Shown here: positions 18,990-28,993 of the stretch, piece by piece
How the letters are laid out: each line of letters begins with the position of its first letter
How positions within the stretch are numbered: position 1 is the stretch's first letter
IMG/VR virus record: IMGVR_UViG_3300020392_000017
Location: 1 to 60,134 of that record
Source: a virus
Lineage: Duplodnaviria > Caudoviricetes
DNA length: 60,134 nt
Direction: 5' to 3' (one strand)
Notes under the pieces: generated by a model
Databases searched by the model: none
What the model was told of the DNA's origin: nothing
Seen by the model: only the letters and a program-made list of their open reading frames with translations
Translations under genes and position numbers: made by a program

Positions 18990-19017
18990 GGAACAAATCA
19001 AAAGTTATCTCTATAAC
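18990..19017 (+). promoter_or_regulatory. Class II promoter variant GGAAC-N17-TATAAC
   Basis: Recurrent motif and spacing. Confidence 0.55.
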
Positions 19018-19169
19018 ATCCCACATTAAGAAAGAAATGAACGATTATTCGTTAACAACTACAAAGACATTAAGAAAAACCTCCGACTCTATGGAGGCTT
19101 ACGCTAGCTCTGACAATACTAGAATAGACTAGCATTATTAAATAATTAAATTAACCTAAATTTTAACAA

Positions 19170-19586
19170 ATGAGAAATTTTATTTTAACAATGGCACTAG
19201 CTGTATTCACAGTATTCAGTGCAACAGCGCAAAACGCTAAAGGCGACTGGTACGTTGGTACTGGCGATATTGACAATGTGGCATGGACGGAATGGTCTAT
19301 CTCACCAACAATAGGGTATGCTTTTTCTGATGATTATATGATCGGGATGAGTGTTGCTCAAGCAGATTCGACTGAGGACATGGTCTTCAATCTTAACGGA
19401 AGATACTTTTACAAAGGTTTCTTCGGTTACGCAGCTATGAATGATTTTGATTTCGATCAAATGCATTTAGGCGTAGGTAAAATGTTTACTTTTAAAAACG
19501 ACATGATTTTTGTTGACCCAAAAATTGTATACGACTTAGGAGCAGAAACAACTAACCTAACTCTAGGCTTTGGCTTAAAATTTTAA
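19170..19586 (+). CDS. Small outer-membrane beta-barrel protein with signal peptide
   Basis: Signal peptide ending ATA-Q, amphipathic strands, C-terminal LGFGLKF beta-signal. Confidence 0.75.
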   Translation: MRNFILTMALAVFTVFSATAQNAKGDWYVGTGDIDNVAWTEWSISPTIGYAFSDDYMIGMSVAQADSTEDMVFNLNGRYFYKGFFGYAAMNDFDFDQMHLGVGKMFTFKNDMIFVDPKIVYDLGAETTNLTLGFGLKF

Positions 19587-19607
19587 GCTAAACACTATAG
19601 AAAAAAC

Positions 19608-19640
19608 AAGCCCAAGATTCTAGGACCTTGGGCTTTTTTT
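19608..19640 (+). terminator. Intrinsic terminator (loop contains TAGGAC)
   Basis: AAGCCCAAG-ATTCTAGGAC-CTTGGGCTT then a T run. Confidence 0.85.
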
Positions 19641-19642
19641 AT

Positions 19643-19670
19643 GAAACAACTAGCCATCAACCAATATAAT
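19643..19670 (+). promoter_or_regulatory. Class II promoter GAAAC-N17-TATAAT
   Basis: Recurrent motif. Confidence 0.7.
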
Positions 19671-19693
19671 AATCAAACAAAAATATATTCTTT

Positions 19694-20437
19694 ATGAAAC
19701 TACAAATTGATCGAATAGACCAGCATGCTTTAACTGGTTTTATTAACAGGGTAAAACTAATTGATTCTTTTGTCTACATGAAAATTCAAAGTGGACAAAT
19801 TCATTCAGCAGTTTATTTACCACAGAGAGACGCAGTAAAATCACACTCTATTGCATGTGACCAGATCTTTCAAATTAGCGAATGGCCTGACACAGATTTA
19901 GAGATGAAAGTTGCCTTCTTTGAAGGAGCTAAAGTAATTGAAGCTATCAAACATTTTGAAGCAGATGCTATTAAAGGTGAAATTGAATTTATCGAGCAAG
20001 AAGGTGAGTTAATTGCTTCTTCTTTGAGAATGTTCAACGATGAGTTAGAGATTACTCTATCTTGTTCAGAACCTTCATTAGGTTTTAAAGACTTAACAGC
20101 AGATCAGCAAGCAGCTATCTTTGCAACTGACAATACACAATTCAGCTTTAATATCGATACACATACTATTAATAAAGTTAAGAACCTATTTGGTCTTGAC
20201 AAAGATGAAACATTTAGCGTTCAAGCGAATGGTAAAGGTGTTAGTGTAAATGGTAAATCATTCAACGCGGTAATCAACCCAGAATCAAATGGACAAGGTG
20301 AAGTAACAGTTTACAAAAAGTACTTAAACCTATTAGACAGAGAAGAGCAAACTGTACACGTTGCAGACTCTAAAATTGTTTTCCAATCAACAGAATCAAA
20401 TACATTACTAACAGTATCTACTTGCCAAACGGCTTAA
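19694..20437 (+). CDS. Probable sliding clamp (gp45-like)
   Basis: 247 aa, two-lobed beta-rich pattern, directly upstream of the polymerase C-half; clamp loader is elsewhere in the window. Confidence 0.5.
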   Translation: MKLQIDRIDQHALTGFINRVKLIDSFVYMKIQSGQIHSAVYLPQRDAVKSHSIACDQIFQISEWPDTDLEMKVAFFEGAKVIEAIKHFEADAIKGEIEFIEQEGELIASSLRMFNDELEITLSCSEPSLGFKDLTADQQAAIFATDNTQFSFNIDTHTINKVKNLFGLDKDETFSVQANGKGVSVNGKSFNAVINPESNGQGEVTVYKKYLNLLDREEQTVHVADSKIVFQSTESNTLLTVSTCQTA

Positions 20438-20438
20438 T

Positions 20439-21647
20439 ATGAACGTAACGAAACTCTCTGAGAAACCTATCGATCAACTTAGTAGAGAAGAGGCGGAGCT
20501 GCTTGTAGACCACTACAAGCAGTTATCTGCTAAATATACGGCTTATGAACAAGCAGTAAAATTAACTCTTAACTCTATCTACGGTGCATTCGGTAACAAA
20601 TGGTTTCACTTCTTTAATATCAATATCGCCGAGTCGATAACTAAACAGGGTAAGAATGCTATTCTCTACTCTGAATCTATATTGAATAAGTATTGTCAAG
20701 AGTTTTGGCATAAAGACACTAAAGTACACGAGCAGTTCGGCTTAACAGTAAAAGGTAAAGTTGAAAAGCCTGCAGTAATCTATATTGACACTGACTCGTG
20801 TTACGTGCAGTTTCAAGATCTTTATGAGACTATCGTTTGGAACGATGAGTCTAAAGCTCTACCTATCGACGAGTTTATTCTAGCATTCTATGCATTTAGA
20901 CTCAAGGATTACATCACGGCATGTATGAAGAAATATGCAGACTCTAGAAACACAGACAACTTCTTATTCTTTGAATTAGAATCTCTAGCATATAATGGTA
21001 TTTGGATGTCTAAAAAGAAGTATATTCAAAACATTGCATGGGATGATAAATTGGAAACTACCGATAGACACCCATCACTTAAGAAAGTAAAAACAATCGG
21101 CTTTGATACTATCCAATCTTCTACACCAAAATTCGCCCGCGAAAAACTGGTAGAAGCTCTTAGAATTTTATTTAAGTCACAAAAAACTCCCGGTGCTGAA
21201 GAACTACAACAATTAGTCACATTCATGAAGAATTCTAAGAAAGAATTTCAACTTGCAAACATCGATGACATCTCATTCAATAGAAGAACTAACAACATTG
21301 AGAAGTATATTGTCGACGATCAAATTGAGTTCCAAGTAGGATTAAAATGTCCAGCTAATGTAAAAGCAGCAGGGTATTACAACTATATTCTTAATCAAAA
21401 TAAAAAGTTTAAGAATAAGTACAAAGTAATCGGTAACGGTGAGAAACTAAAAATCTATAACTGTAAGACTCCAATCTCTGAGGTATTTGCCTATTTACCA
21501 GGTGAACATCCTTACGAAATTGCTCCTAAAGTAGATTTCGATACACAGTTTGAAAAGTGTATGATTGACCCACTTAATAGAGTATTAACAGCAATTGGTC
21601 TTCAGACCTTAGATACAAACTTAATTTACGCATCAGCATTATTTTAA
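20439..21647 (+). CDS. gp43: Family B DNA polymerase, C-terminal half (motifs B and C, thumb)
   Basis: KLTLNSIYG (motif B), YIDTDS (motif C), KKKY; ends ...SALF. Confidence 0.92.
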   Translation: MNVTKLSEKPIDQLSREEAELLVDHYKQLSAKYTAYEQAVKLTLNSIYGAFGNKWFHFFNINIAESITKQGKNAILYSESILNKYCQEFWHKDTKVHEQFGLTVKGKVEKPAVIYIDTDSCYVQFQDLYETIVWNDESKALPIDEFILAFYAFRLKDYITACMKKYADSRNTDNFLFFELESLAYNGIWMSKKKYIQNIAWDDKLETTDRHPSLKKVKTIGFDTIQSSTPKFAREKLVEALRILFKSQKTPGAEELQQLVTFMKNSKKEFQLANIDDISFNRRTNNIEKYIVDDQIEFQVGLKCPANVKAAGYYNYILNQNKKFKNKYKVIGNGEKLKIYNCKTPISEVFAYLPGEHPYEIAPKVDFDTQFEKCMIDPLNRVLTAIGLQTLDTNLIYASALF

Positions 21648-21651
21648 AATT

Positions 21652-21843
21652 ATGACAATACAAGAAATTAAACAGCTAGTAGAAGACTATCCGAACGATC
21701 AGGACCTCGGAGGTAAAGTAAGAGAACTCTACTGGAAAGACTATAAAAATGGAACTTACTCATTCATTTCATCTCAACTTAATCTATTTGATTCAAAAGA
21801 GGAGGAAGATAAAAGGGATGATGCAGTTTTAGGCTATGACTAA
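21652..21843 (+). CDS. Small hypothetical protein
   Basis: 63 aa ORF in a tight operon; YPNDQDLGGKVR. Confidence 0.6.
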   Translation: MTIQEIKQLVEDYPNDQDLGGKVRELYWKDYKNGTYSFISSQLNLFDSKEEEDKRDDAVLGYD

Positions 21844-22183
21844 TATAGACAAAAGACCATGGGGCGAGTACGAGGTACTGCTCGATGAAAATAACGTAAA
21901 AGTTAAAAAGATTACAGTCCAACCAGGCGGTAGACTGTCATATCAGTATCATAATAAAAGATCTGAAGTTTGGACTATTATTGAAGGTACTGGTGTACTT
22001 ACGAGAGACGGTGTAACAGAAATTATTTCACCAGGTAATATATTAACTATCCCACAGGGATGTAAACACAGAATTGAGAACACAGGTTCTCAGGCTATCA
22101 TTTTTATTGAAGTACAAATGGGAAGTTACTTCGGCGAAGATGATATAGTTAGAATAGAAGACGACTATGGAAGGAAAGATTAA
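21836..22183 (+). CDS. Cupin, mannose-6-phosphate isomerase type II C-terminal-like
   Basis: RPWG, LSYQYHNKRSEVW, HRIEN, EVQMGSYFGEDDIVRIEDDY. Confidence 0.88.
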   Translation: MTNIDKRPWGEYEVLLDENNVKVKKITVQPGGRLSYQYHNKRSEVWTIIEGTGVLTRDGVTEIISPGNILTIPQGCKHRIENTGSQAIIFIEVQMGSYFGEDDIVRIEDDYGRKD

Positions 22184-22367
22184 CATAGAAGACCTGCCTT
22201 TAGAACAACAAGAGTACGTGAAAGAATATCAAAGAATTCTACATGGACTTGCAGATGTTCAAGACAGTATTAAAGCTCTAGAAGAAAGAGCTAGAGGATT
22301 AACAGAAGAATTAAACACATTAAGAGCCAAAGAGAAGGCTGAGTTCGGTGATGATAATGTTCTCTAA
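22167..22367 (+). CDS. Small coiled-coil hypothetical protein
   Basis: 66 aa ORF with a heptad pattern. Confidence 0.6.
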   Translation: MEGKINIEDLPLEQQEYVKEYQRILHGLADVQDSIKALEERARGLTEELNTLRAKEKAEFGDDNVL

Positions 22368-22392
22368 ACAAATCATATAATCACCATATAAC
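22365..22392 (+). promoter_or_regulatory. Class II promoter TAAAC-N17-TATAAC
   Basis: Recurrent motif upstream of uvsX. Confidence 0.6.
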
Positions 22393-22410
22393 TAAATAAA
22401 ATAATAAGAC

Positions 22411-23526
22411 ATGGCTAAAAAGAACGTATTTAGTTTTGACGACATAAATAAAGAGCTAAAGGAAATTAATCCATTAGGTTCTGTTATGGAGCATTCAACA
22501 TTTAGTGAAGTTACAGAATGGATTGACACGGGTAACTATCACTTAAACGCATGTGTCAGTGGTTCACTTTTTAAAGGGTGGCCTAATAACAGATCTTGTT
22601 CAATTGCAGGACCATCTGGTACTGGTAAAACATTCTTAATCTTAAACTCTATTGCAAGAGCAATTGACATGGGTTACAATGTTATTTTCTATGATTCAGA
22701 AGCTGCAGTAGACAGAGAGTTAATGAAGAAGTTTGGTATTGATACTGAGAAAGTAAATTACCAACCATGTAATACAGTACAAGAATTTAGAACATCAGTT
22801 ACTTCAATTACTTCTAAAATGCAAGAGGTAAAAAGAAAAGGTGGAGAGCTACCTAAGATTATGATTATCTTAGACTCAGCTGGTAACCTAGCAACAATGA
22901 AAGAGATTGAAGATGCTAAGTCTGGTTCTGAGAAATCAGATATGACTAGATCAAAAGTTCTTAAGTCAATCTTTAGAATTATTATGACGCCATTGGCTGA
23001 CCTAAAAATACCATTCCTATTTACTAACCACACATATCAAACACAGTCATTTATTTCCCAGACTGTAGCAGGTGGTGGTACTGGACCAGAATATGCAGCA
23101 TCAATTGTTTTATTCTTAGGTAAAGCTCAACTAAAAGAAGGTGGCGAAAAGACTGGTATTGTTGTTACAGCAAAACCAAATAAAAACAGATTTGCAAAAC
23201 CACATCCAATTAAATTCCACTTACATTTTACTGAAGGTATGAACAGATATGTTGGCTTAGAACAATATATTGATTGGGATGATATTGGTATTGCAAGAGG
23301 TGTTGTTGAAAAGAATGGTACAAAGACTCCTAAAGCAACTGCAAGAGGTTGGATCTGTAAACACCTAGATGAAACTGTACCTAACTCAGAATTTTTTACT
23401 GAGAAAGTCTTTACCGAGGAAGTACTTCAAAAAATTGAAAAAAGAATTCAGCCACTTTTCAACTATAATACTGAAGCTAGAGAACTTGATATAGACGAAC
23501 TACTGGAAGAGAATGAAGTTGAATAA
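22411..23526 (+). CDS. uvsX: RecA-like recombinase
   Basis: IDTG, GPSGTGKT, YDSE, LDSAGNL, TNHTY, GGG. Confidence 0.9.
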   Translation: MAKKNVFSFDDINKELKEINPLGSVMEHSTFSEVTEWIDTGNYHLNACVSGSLFKGWPNNRSCSIAGPSGTGKTFLILNSIARAIDMGYNVIFYDSEAAVDRELMKKFGIDTEKVNYQPCNTVQEFRTSVTSITSKMQEVKRKGGELPKIMIILDSAGNLATMKEIEDAKSGSEKSDMTRSKVLKSIFRIIMTPLADLKIPFLFTNHTYQTQSFISQTVAGGGTGPEYAASIVLFLGKAQLKEGGEKTGIVVTAKPNKNRFAKPHPIKFHLHFTEGMNRYVGLEQYIDWDDIGIARGVVEKNGTKTPKATARGWICKHLDETVPNSEFFTEKVFTEEVLQKIEKRIQPLFNYNTEARELDIDELLEENEVE

Positions 23527-23812
23527 AGATAAACTGCCGATCAAGTATATCCTAGGGATAGAAAAAGATCTACCAGATTATCCTACTGCTCTCGATGTTT
23601 TACAAGCTGAAGTAAAACTATGTAATCGTAATCCAGATCGATACAAAGGTAGCTTTACCTACCACGCATTGAAAACCTATAGGTTTCCAGACTCAGATCA
23701 CGCAAGAATTCTAGAGTCTGCTAAAGAACTAGTTACTTTGGGTTTATGTGAACAAACAAATGAAGAGCCTGGTAAAGAGGCTTTTAAAATTTTAATAAAC
23801 CCATTTGAATGA
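23513..23812 (+). CDS. Hypothetical protein
   Basis: 99 aa ORF overlapping both neighbours. Confidence 0.6.
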   Translation: MKLNKDKLPIKYILGIEKDLPDYPTALDVLQAEVKLCNRNPDRYKGSFTYHALKTYRFPDSDHARILESAKELVTLGLCEQTNEEPGKEAFKILINPFE

Positions 23813-24387
23813 TAGCAGTATTTGACAATTTTATACAGAGCGAAGATTTACTACAAGAAATAAACACTAATTACGATACAATCTTTAGAGACCCAGGAGT
23901 CTATAAGTACTATGATGGTTGGTGGAATACTCCAGCTAAGAATACAACACAACGTATAATACAATATGCATGGGGACATGCTTGTCCTATTAACAAGAGT
24001 TTTAATATCGACGGCTTTGAGTATTGGACTGGTATACAATCAGCAGCTGATGTTAAAGATGGTTGGACAGATGACTTAAAGCAACACTATGATAAAGATG
24101 AAGCTTTCTGGAGAGAAACTGGTGAGATAGTAACTCCTATTATGGGTAGTGTATATTATCCACCTGGACAGAGATTCCAGGGAGGTGACTTAGCGGTTTA
24201 CACAGACGGTGTAGAATCAACCCCAGAGATAGTTAAAGCAAAACCTAATAGATTTATTATCTTTAGAGCTGGACAAGACATACACACAGTTAAACAAGTC
24301 ACACAAGGTATTAGACATGCTATCGCAATCAACTTATGGGAAGATGAACCTTATTCTAAACAAAAAGGTATTTTAACCATAGAATAA
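23809..24387 (+). CDS. 2OG-Fe(II) oxygenase superfamily protein
   Basis: HYD...H triad, GGDL, PNR, R.AI.IN. Confidence 0.8.
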   Translation: MIAVFDNFIQSEDLLQEINTNYDTIFRDPGVYKYYDGWWNTPAKNTTQRIIQYAWGHACPINKSFNIDGFEYWTGIQSAADVKDGWTDDLKQHYDKDEAFWRETGEIVTPIMGSVYYPPGQRFQGGDLAVYTDGVESTPEIVKAKPNRFIIFRAGQDIHTVKQVTQGIRHAIAINLWEDEPYSKQKGILTIE

Positions 24388-24398
24388 TTAAAAACAAT

Positions 24399-25715
24399 AT
24401 GCAGTTCGGACAAGACTTTGAAAAGATATTCTTTAGGCTCTCATTAGAAAAGCCAAAATACTTACAGGCAATCAAGTTTAACTTCTATACGTCAGAAGAA
24501 ATTGATGCTTTAAGTTTTTTAGCTAATAAGTTCTATTCTAAATTTAATGAGACTCCTACGATGGAGAATCTAAAATTATTAGTTCAAAGACATCCAAAGT
24601 CTAGAGAAAGAGTAACAGATGAAATCATTGATATTATCTTTGATGTAGATCTGAATAAGTATGACGAAGAATGGTTGACTAATACTGCAGAAGCTTGGAT
24701 TAAATGGAGAACATTCAATACTTCTCTAACAGATACAATTGAGTTTATTAAAACTACAGATGTTAATCCAGAAAATGTTGAGTCTATTGTTACGAAAGTA
24801 AAGGGCTTAATTAATGATAGAAATAATTTAACATTCAATTCAGATCTTGGTCTTGATTTCTTTAACTTTGATTCTCACGACCAGAAAGAAGCTGAGAAAG
24901 TTAGTACAGGTTACAACTTCTTAGACAGAATGTTAGGTGGTGGTTATGATAAAGGTGGTAATCTGGTTGTTTATGCTGGTGAGCAGAACATTGGTAAATC
25001 AATTTATCTAGCTAATGATGCAGCTAACTTTGTAAAGATGGGTACAAATACTGTAGTTATCACTGCAGAGATGGCAGCACATAAATTCGTAAAAAGAATT
25101 GGTTCTAATCTTCTCAATATCAAAATTAACGAATATCCAGAGAAGGCTAAAAATAGAGACCACATTAAAAGAAGGTTAGAAACGGTTGGAGATGGTTTCA
25201 CTCCACCAGGACAACTTTATGTAAAACAATTCCCAACATCCCAAGCTACAGTCTTAGATATTGAAGCTTATGTTGCACAAATTGAAGAAGAGTTACAGAT
25301 TAAAGTAGGTGCAGTCGTAATTGACTATATTAATATCCTAGCTAATTATCGTAACCAAAATACGGAGAATACATATATGAAGATCAAGCAAATTGCAGAA
25401 GACCTTCGTGCTATGGGTATTCGTAATAATTGGTTGATTGTTACAGCAACTCAAATAAACAGAAACGGCTATAATTCTTCAGATATTTCCATGTCAGACG
25501 TTGCAGAATCTGCAGGTCTATCACATACCGCTGACGTAATGTTAGGTATTATTCAAGATGATTTAATGAGAGCTAATCAAGAGTATTGGTTAAAAGTTCT
25601 TAAGATCAGAGACGGTGAGGGTAAAGGTAATAAATGTAAATTGAATGTCGACTACAACTTTATGAGACTAGTGGAAACGGATGATATTAGTAATTCCAGT
25701 ATCCACGGCATTTAA
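24399..25715 (+). CDS. gp41: Replicative DnaB-like helicase
   Basis: AGEQNIGKS, TAEM, IDYIN, TATQINR, AESAGL. Confidence 0.92.
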   Translation: MQFGQDFEKIFFRLSLEKPKYLQAIKFNFYTSEEIDALSFLANKFYSKFNETPTMENLKLLVQRHPKSRERVTDEIIDIIFDVDLNKYDEEWLTNTAEAWIKWRTFNTSLTDTIEFIKTTDVNPENVESIVTKVKGLINDRNNLTFNSDLGLDFFNFDSHDQKEAEKVSTGYNFLDRMLGGGYDKGGNLVVYAGEQNIGKSIYLANDAANFVKMGTNTVVITAEMAAHKFVKRIGSNLLNIKINEYPEKAKNRDHIKRRLETVGDGFTPPGQLYVKQFPTSQATVLDIEAYVAQIEEELQIKVGAVVIDYINILANYRNQNTENTYMKIKQIAEDLRAMGIRNNWLIVTATQINRNGYNSSDISMSDVAESAGLSHTADVMLGIIQDDLMRANQEYWLKVLKIRDGEGKGNKCKLNVDYNFMRLVETDDISNSSIHGI

Positions 25716-25732
25716 AAATAAAACAAACAAGT

Positions 25733-26167
25733 ATGGCAAATGATAAAATCTTTAATAACAGTTTTGACACACCTGAATTTGAACTAGGTAACATTAGTTT
25801 TGATTTAGACCCTTCATTGAGAGAGGAGTTAGACGCAGAGGAGAAGATTCATTACGAGATGATAGCTCGTAAAATTCATGAGTTAATTACAATATCCAGA
25901 TTCAAAGTATTTAATGAAGTAGATGATTTAGGTAGATGTAATAAACTAAGAAAAACGGACATCAATGAAGTCTATGGTTACATTGTAGATGAAATTGGTA
26001 AGAGTTGGTCAAGAATAGATTTATTTAGTGAATTGTGTATCTATTTTGACATTAAGCCAGCAAAATTTTATAGCTCACTTTCTAATGTATATAAGGAAGA
26101 CCTAATCCAAGAGCTAGACGCAAAAACCGGTATTTTAGAAAAGAAGAACATTAAAAGATTATTTTAG
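25733..26167 (+). CDS. Hypothetical protein; C-terminus reminiscent of the late-transcription coactivator gp33
   Basis: IDLFSELC..FDIKP....SLS..YKEDL...RLF pattern; weak. Confidence 0.4.
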   Translation: MANDKIFNNSFDTPEFELGNISFDLDPSLREELDAEEKIHYEMIARKIHELITISRFKVFNEVDDLGRCNKLRKTDINEVYGYIVDEIGKSWSRIDLFSELCIYFDIKPAKFYSSLSNVYKEDLIQELDAKTGILEKKNIKRLF

Positions 26168-27283
26168 ATGATAGAACCTAAAGTTATCAAGCAAGGCGCA
26201 AACAGAGTTTGGGTACTTGGGGACTTACATTTTGGTGTAAGAGCTAATTCAGTAGAATGGCTAGAGATACAGAAAGATTTCTTTGAGAGATTGTTTATTC
26301 CTACTCTAAAGAAACACGTCCAACCTGGTGATGTGTTAGTTCAAGTAGGTGACACGTTCGATAACAGGCAATCTATTAACATTAAAGTTCTTAACTATGC
26401 AGTTGACCTATTCGAAAGACTGGGTCAAATACTGCCATGCTATGTAATCTGTGGTAACCATGATATTTGGGCAAAGAAGTCAAATGACATTTCATCTATT
26501 GATAGTTTAAAATGGATCCCGAACGTTCAGGTCTACAAAGAACCTAAGCTACTAAAATGGAATAAAAGAAAGATATTGTTAATGCCATGGAGAAGAGATG
26601 CAGAACATGAAGCAGAGACTCTAGCAGAATTCCCACAAGCAGAAATTGTTTTCTGTCATTCAGAAGTGAGAGGTATCTACTTAAATTCAAAAGTAAAGAA
26701 TGACCATGGAACTGAGACTAATATCTATGACAAATATACAAGAGTTTATTCTGGCCATATTCATTTTAGACAAGAGAAGAATAAACTATTAATGGTAGGA
26801 GTGCCGTACCAATTAACTAGATCTGATAGAGATAATCCAAAAGGTTTCGACCTAGTTAATCTAGAAGATATGGAAGAAACATTCTTTGAAAATCATATCT
26901 CCCCTAAATTCTTAAGGTATAATATCAAGGCACTTTATGATATGCCACTCGGACAATTTAAAGAACAAATAGATAATAACTTCGTAGACTTATTTGTACC
27001 TTCACAAATTGCCACAACTAACGCATTGTCCCAACTAGTAAATGAGATACAACATATTTCAAGAAAGTTAGAGCCAAACATCTATGAGGAAGACTCATAT
27101 ATCGATAAAGATTTCTATGACATAAATGAAATTGAGGAAATGTATAAGAACTATAATATCCTTAATTTATGTAATATGTATGTAGACGGAATGAAACATG
27201 ATGGTGAATTGTCTCTAAAACTAAAAGGGAAGTTAAAACAGTTGTATACCCAATGTGCATATAACTACGATACCGATAAATAA
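26168..27283 (+). CDS. gp47: Recombination endonuclease subunit (Mre11/SbcD-like)
   Basis: GDLHFG, GDTFDNR, GNHD, SGHIH. Confidence 0.9.
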   Translation: MIEPKVIKQGANRVWVLGDLHFGVRANSVEWLEIQKDFFERLFIPTLKKHVQPGDVLVQVGDTFDNRQSINIKVLNYAVDLFERLGQILPCYVICGNHDIWAKKSNDISSIDSLKWIPNVQVYKEPKLLKWNKRKILLMPWRRDAEHEAETLAEFPQAEIVFCHSEVRGIYLNSKVKNDHGTETNIYDKYTRVYSGHIHFRQEKNKLLMVGVPYQLTRSDRDNPKGFDLVNLEDMEETFFENHISPKFLRYNIKALYDMPLGQFKEQIDNNFVDLFVPSQIATTNALSQLVNEIQHISRKLEPNIYEEDSYIDKDFYDINEIEEMYKNYNILNLCNMYVDGMKHDGELSLKLKGKLKQLYTQCAYNYDTDK

Positions 27284-28953
27284 TGAGGATAGACTATATT
27301 GAATTCAAAAACTTTGCATCCTACGGAAACCAAAAGCAGAGAATAGATTTTTTAAAAGAAGGTTCCGAGTTATTTCTAACACTAGGTAAAAACGGTGATG
27401 GAAAGACCACTATTGCAAATGCAATTATCTATGCATTATATGGAAAAGTAGAAGGTGTTAAATTAGCAGACTTACCTAATCGTATTAATAAAGAACTTCA
27501 TGTAAAAATAGGACTACAATGTGGTACTATGTTTATCGAAATAGAAAGAGGTATATCACCAAATAAATTTAGTGTTCTAATTAATGGCGTTGAGTTTGAT
27601 AAAGCTGGTAAGAAATCTGTACAAGAGTATTTAGAAGACGAAGTCTTTGGTATTCCATATCACGTATTTAAGAACATAATTATTCTATCAGTAAATGATT
27701 TCAAATCATTCTTAACTATGTCTAATCAAGACAAGAAGCAGATTATCGATAGAATGTTTGGTTTCTCTATTCTTAATGATATGCAGAGACAAATCAAAGA
27801 TGAGAGAAGAGATATTAAATTTGATATAGATTCTTATGACGCTGAGTTAAATCAAATCATGGACTCAATTCGTTCTGTTAGAGGTAAATTAAATACTCTA
27901 ATCGAAGAGTCTAATACAGCCAATAAATCTAAGATACAAGAATTAAAAGACCAGTTAGTTACTCTACATGAGACGGTATTAGATATGGACGCTAATCGTA
28001 AGAAAGAAGAATCTGCGATGAATAAGTTCAATAAAGAATACAATGAAAAGAGAACTGAAGCTGGAGATATTAAAAGAGAAATTGATTATCTAAATAAGAA
28101 GTTAGCATTATATGAAAGCGGTCACTGTCCAACATGTGAAACTAAATTAACTTCTGACTGGCACGTAAAACAAAAAGACCAATTTAGTGAAAAGATTAAA
28201 GAAGATACAGAGACTATTAAGTCGATTAAACTTGAAATGGATAGTCTTCAGACTAAGGCTAATGACGCATCTAAAGCAAAACAAGATATAGAAGGTCAGA
28301 TTAGAGATAATAAGTTTACAATGAAGCAACTTAAAGACGAGTTGTTAAAAATTAAAGATACTCCACAAGGAACTGATTTTGACCATCTAAGAAATCTTAT
28401 TACAGAGTTTGAAGAAAAAGAAGAAAAGAAATCTGCAAGTAAAGACCAGTTAAATGGTGACTATAACTTTATGGAAATAGTAGAGCAGATCTTAGGTGAA
28501 GATGGTGTAAAGAACTTGGCAGTTAAAACTATTCTACCAGGACTTAATACTAATATCGCTGCCATGGCACAAACTATGCACTTACCTTTTCATATTAGAT
28601 TCGATGAGAAGTTCAATTGTATTATTAATCACTTAGGTGAAGATATTAATCCACTGACACTTTCAACTGGAGAGCGTAAGAAAGCAGACTTTATTGTTAT
28701 TGTAGCTATTATTAAAATCTTAAAATTAAGATTCCCACAACTAAACTTATTGTTCTTAGATGAGTTATTATCTTCTGTAGACCATGACGGAGTTTACAAC
28801 ATTCTGAAGATTTTAAACCAAGTTATCAAAGAACATAAGATAAATACTTTTGTAATCAATCACTCTGTGTTACCACATGAGATATTCGATAAAAAGATTC
28901 AAATATATAGAGAAAATGGGTTTTCTAAATTTACTATCGAAAGTATTGATTAA
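27283..28953 (+). CDS. gp46: Recombination ATPase subunit (Rad50/SbcC-like)
   Basis: GKNGDGKT, CPTC zinc hook, LSTGE signature, LDE. Confidence 0.92.
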   Translation: MRIDYIEFKNFASYGNQKQRIDFLKEGSELFLTLGKNGDGKTTIANAIIYALYGKVEGVKLADLPNRINKELHVKIGLQCGTMFIEIERGISPNKFSVLINGVEFDKAGKKSVQEYLEDEVFGIPYHVFKNIIILSVNDFKSFLTMSNQDKKQIIDRMFGFSILNDMQRQIKDERRDIKFDIDSYDAELNQIMDSIRSVRGKLNTLIEESNTANKSKIQELKDQLVTLHETVLDMDANRKKEESAMNKFNKEYNEKRTEAGDIKREIDYLNKKLALYESGHCPTCETKLTSDWHVKQKDQFSEKIKEDTETIKSIKLEMDSLQTKANDASKAKQDIEGQIRDNKFTMKQLKDELLKIKDTPQGTDFDHLRNLITEFEEKEEKKSASKDQLNGDYNFMEIVEQILGEDGVKNLAVKTILPGLNTNIAAMAQTMHLPFHIRFDEKFNCIINHLGEDINPLTLSTGERKKADFIVIVAIIKILKLRFPQLNLLFLDELLSSVDHDGVYNILKILNQVIKEHKINTFVINHSVLPHEIFDKKIQIYRENGFSKFTIESID

Positions 28954-28957
28954 TACA

Positions 28958-28966
28958 GATATATAA
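28958..28966 (+). promoter_or_regulatory. Class III late promoter GATATATAA
   Basis: Recurrent motif. Confidence 0.7.
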
Positions 28967-28993
28967 TAAAACGAAAAAGATTAAAATTTAACT

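Noticed and set aside
14600-20560. Intein or group I intron explaining the polymerase split
   Set aside because: No intein-type termini or homing endonuclease; the intervening DNA holds ordinary genes with their own promoters.
26165-26170. In-frame TAG immediately followed by the gp47 ATG, suggesting amber recoding or readthrough
   Set aside because: Core genes are intact under the standard code, and gp47 has a complete N-terminus of its own; no sign of genome-wide recoding.
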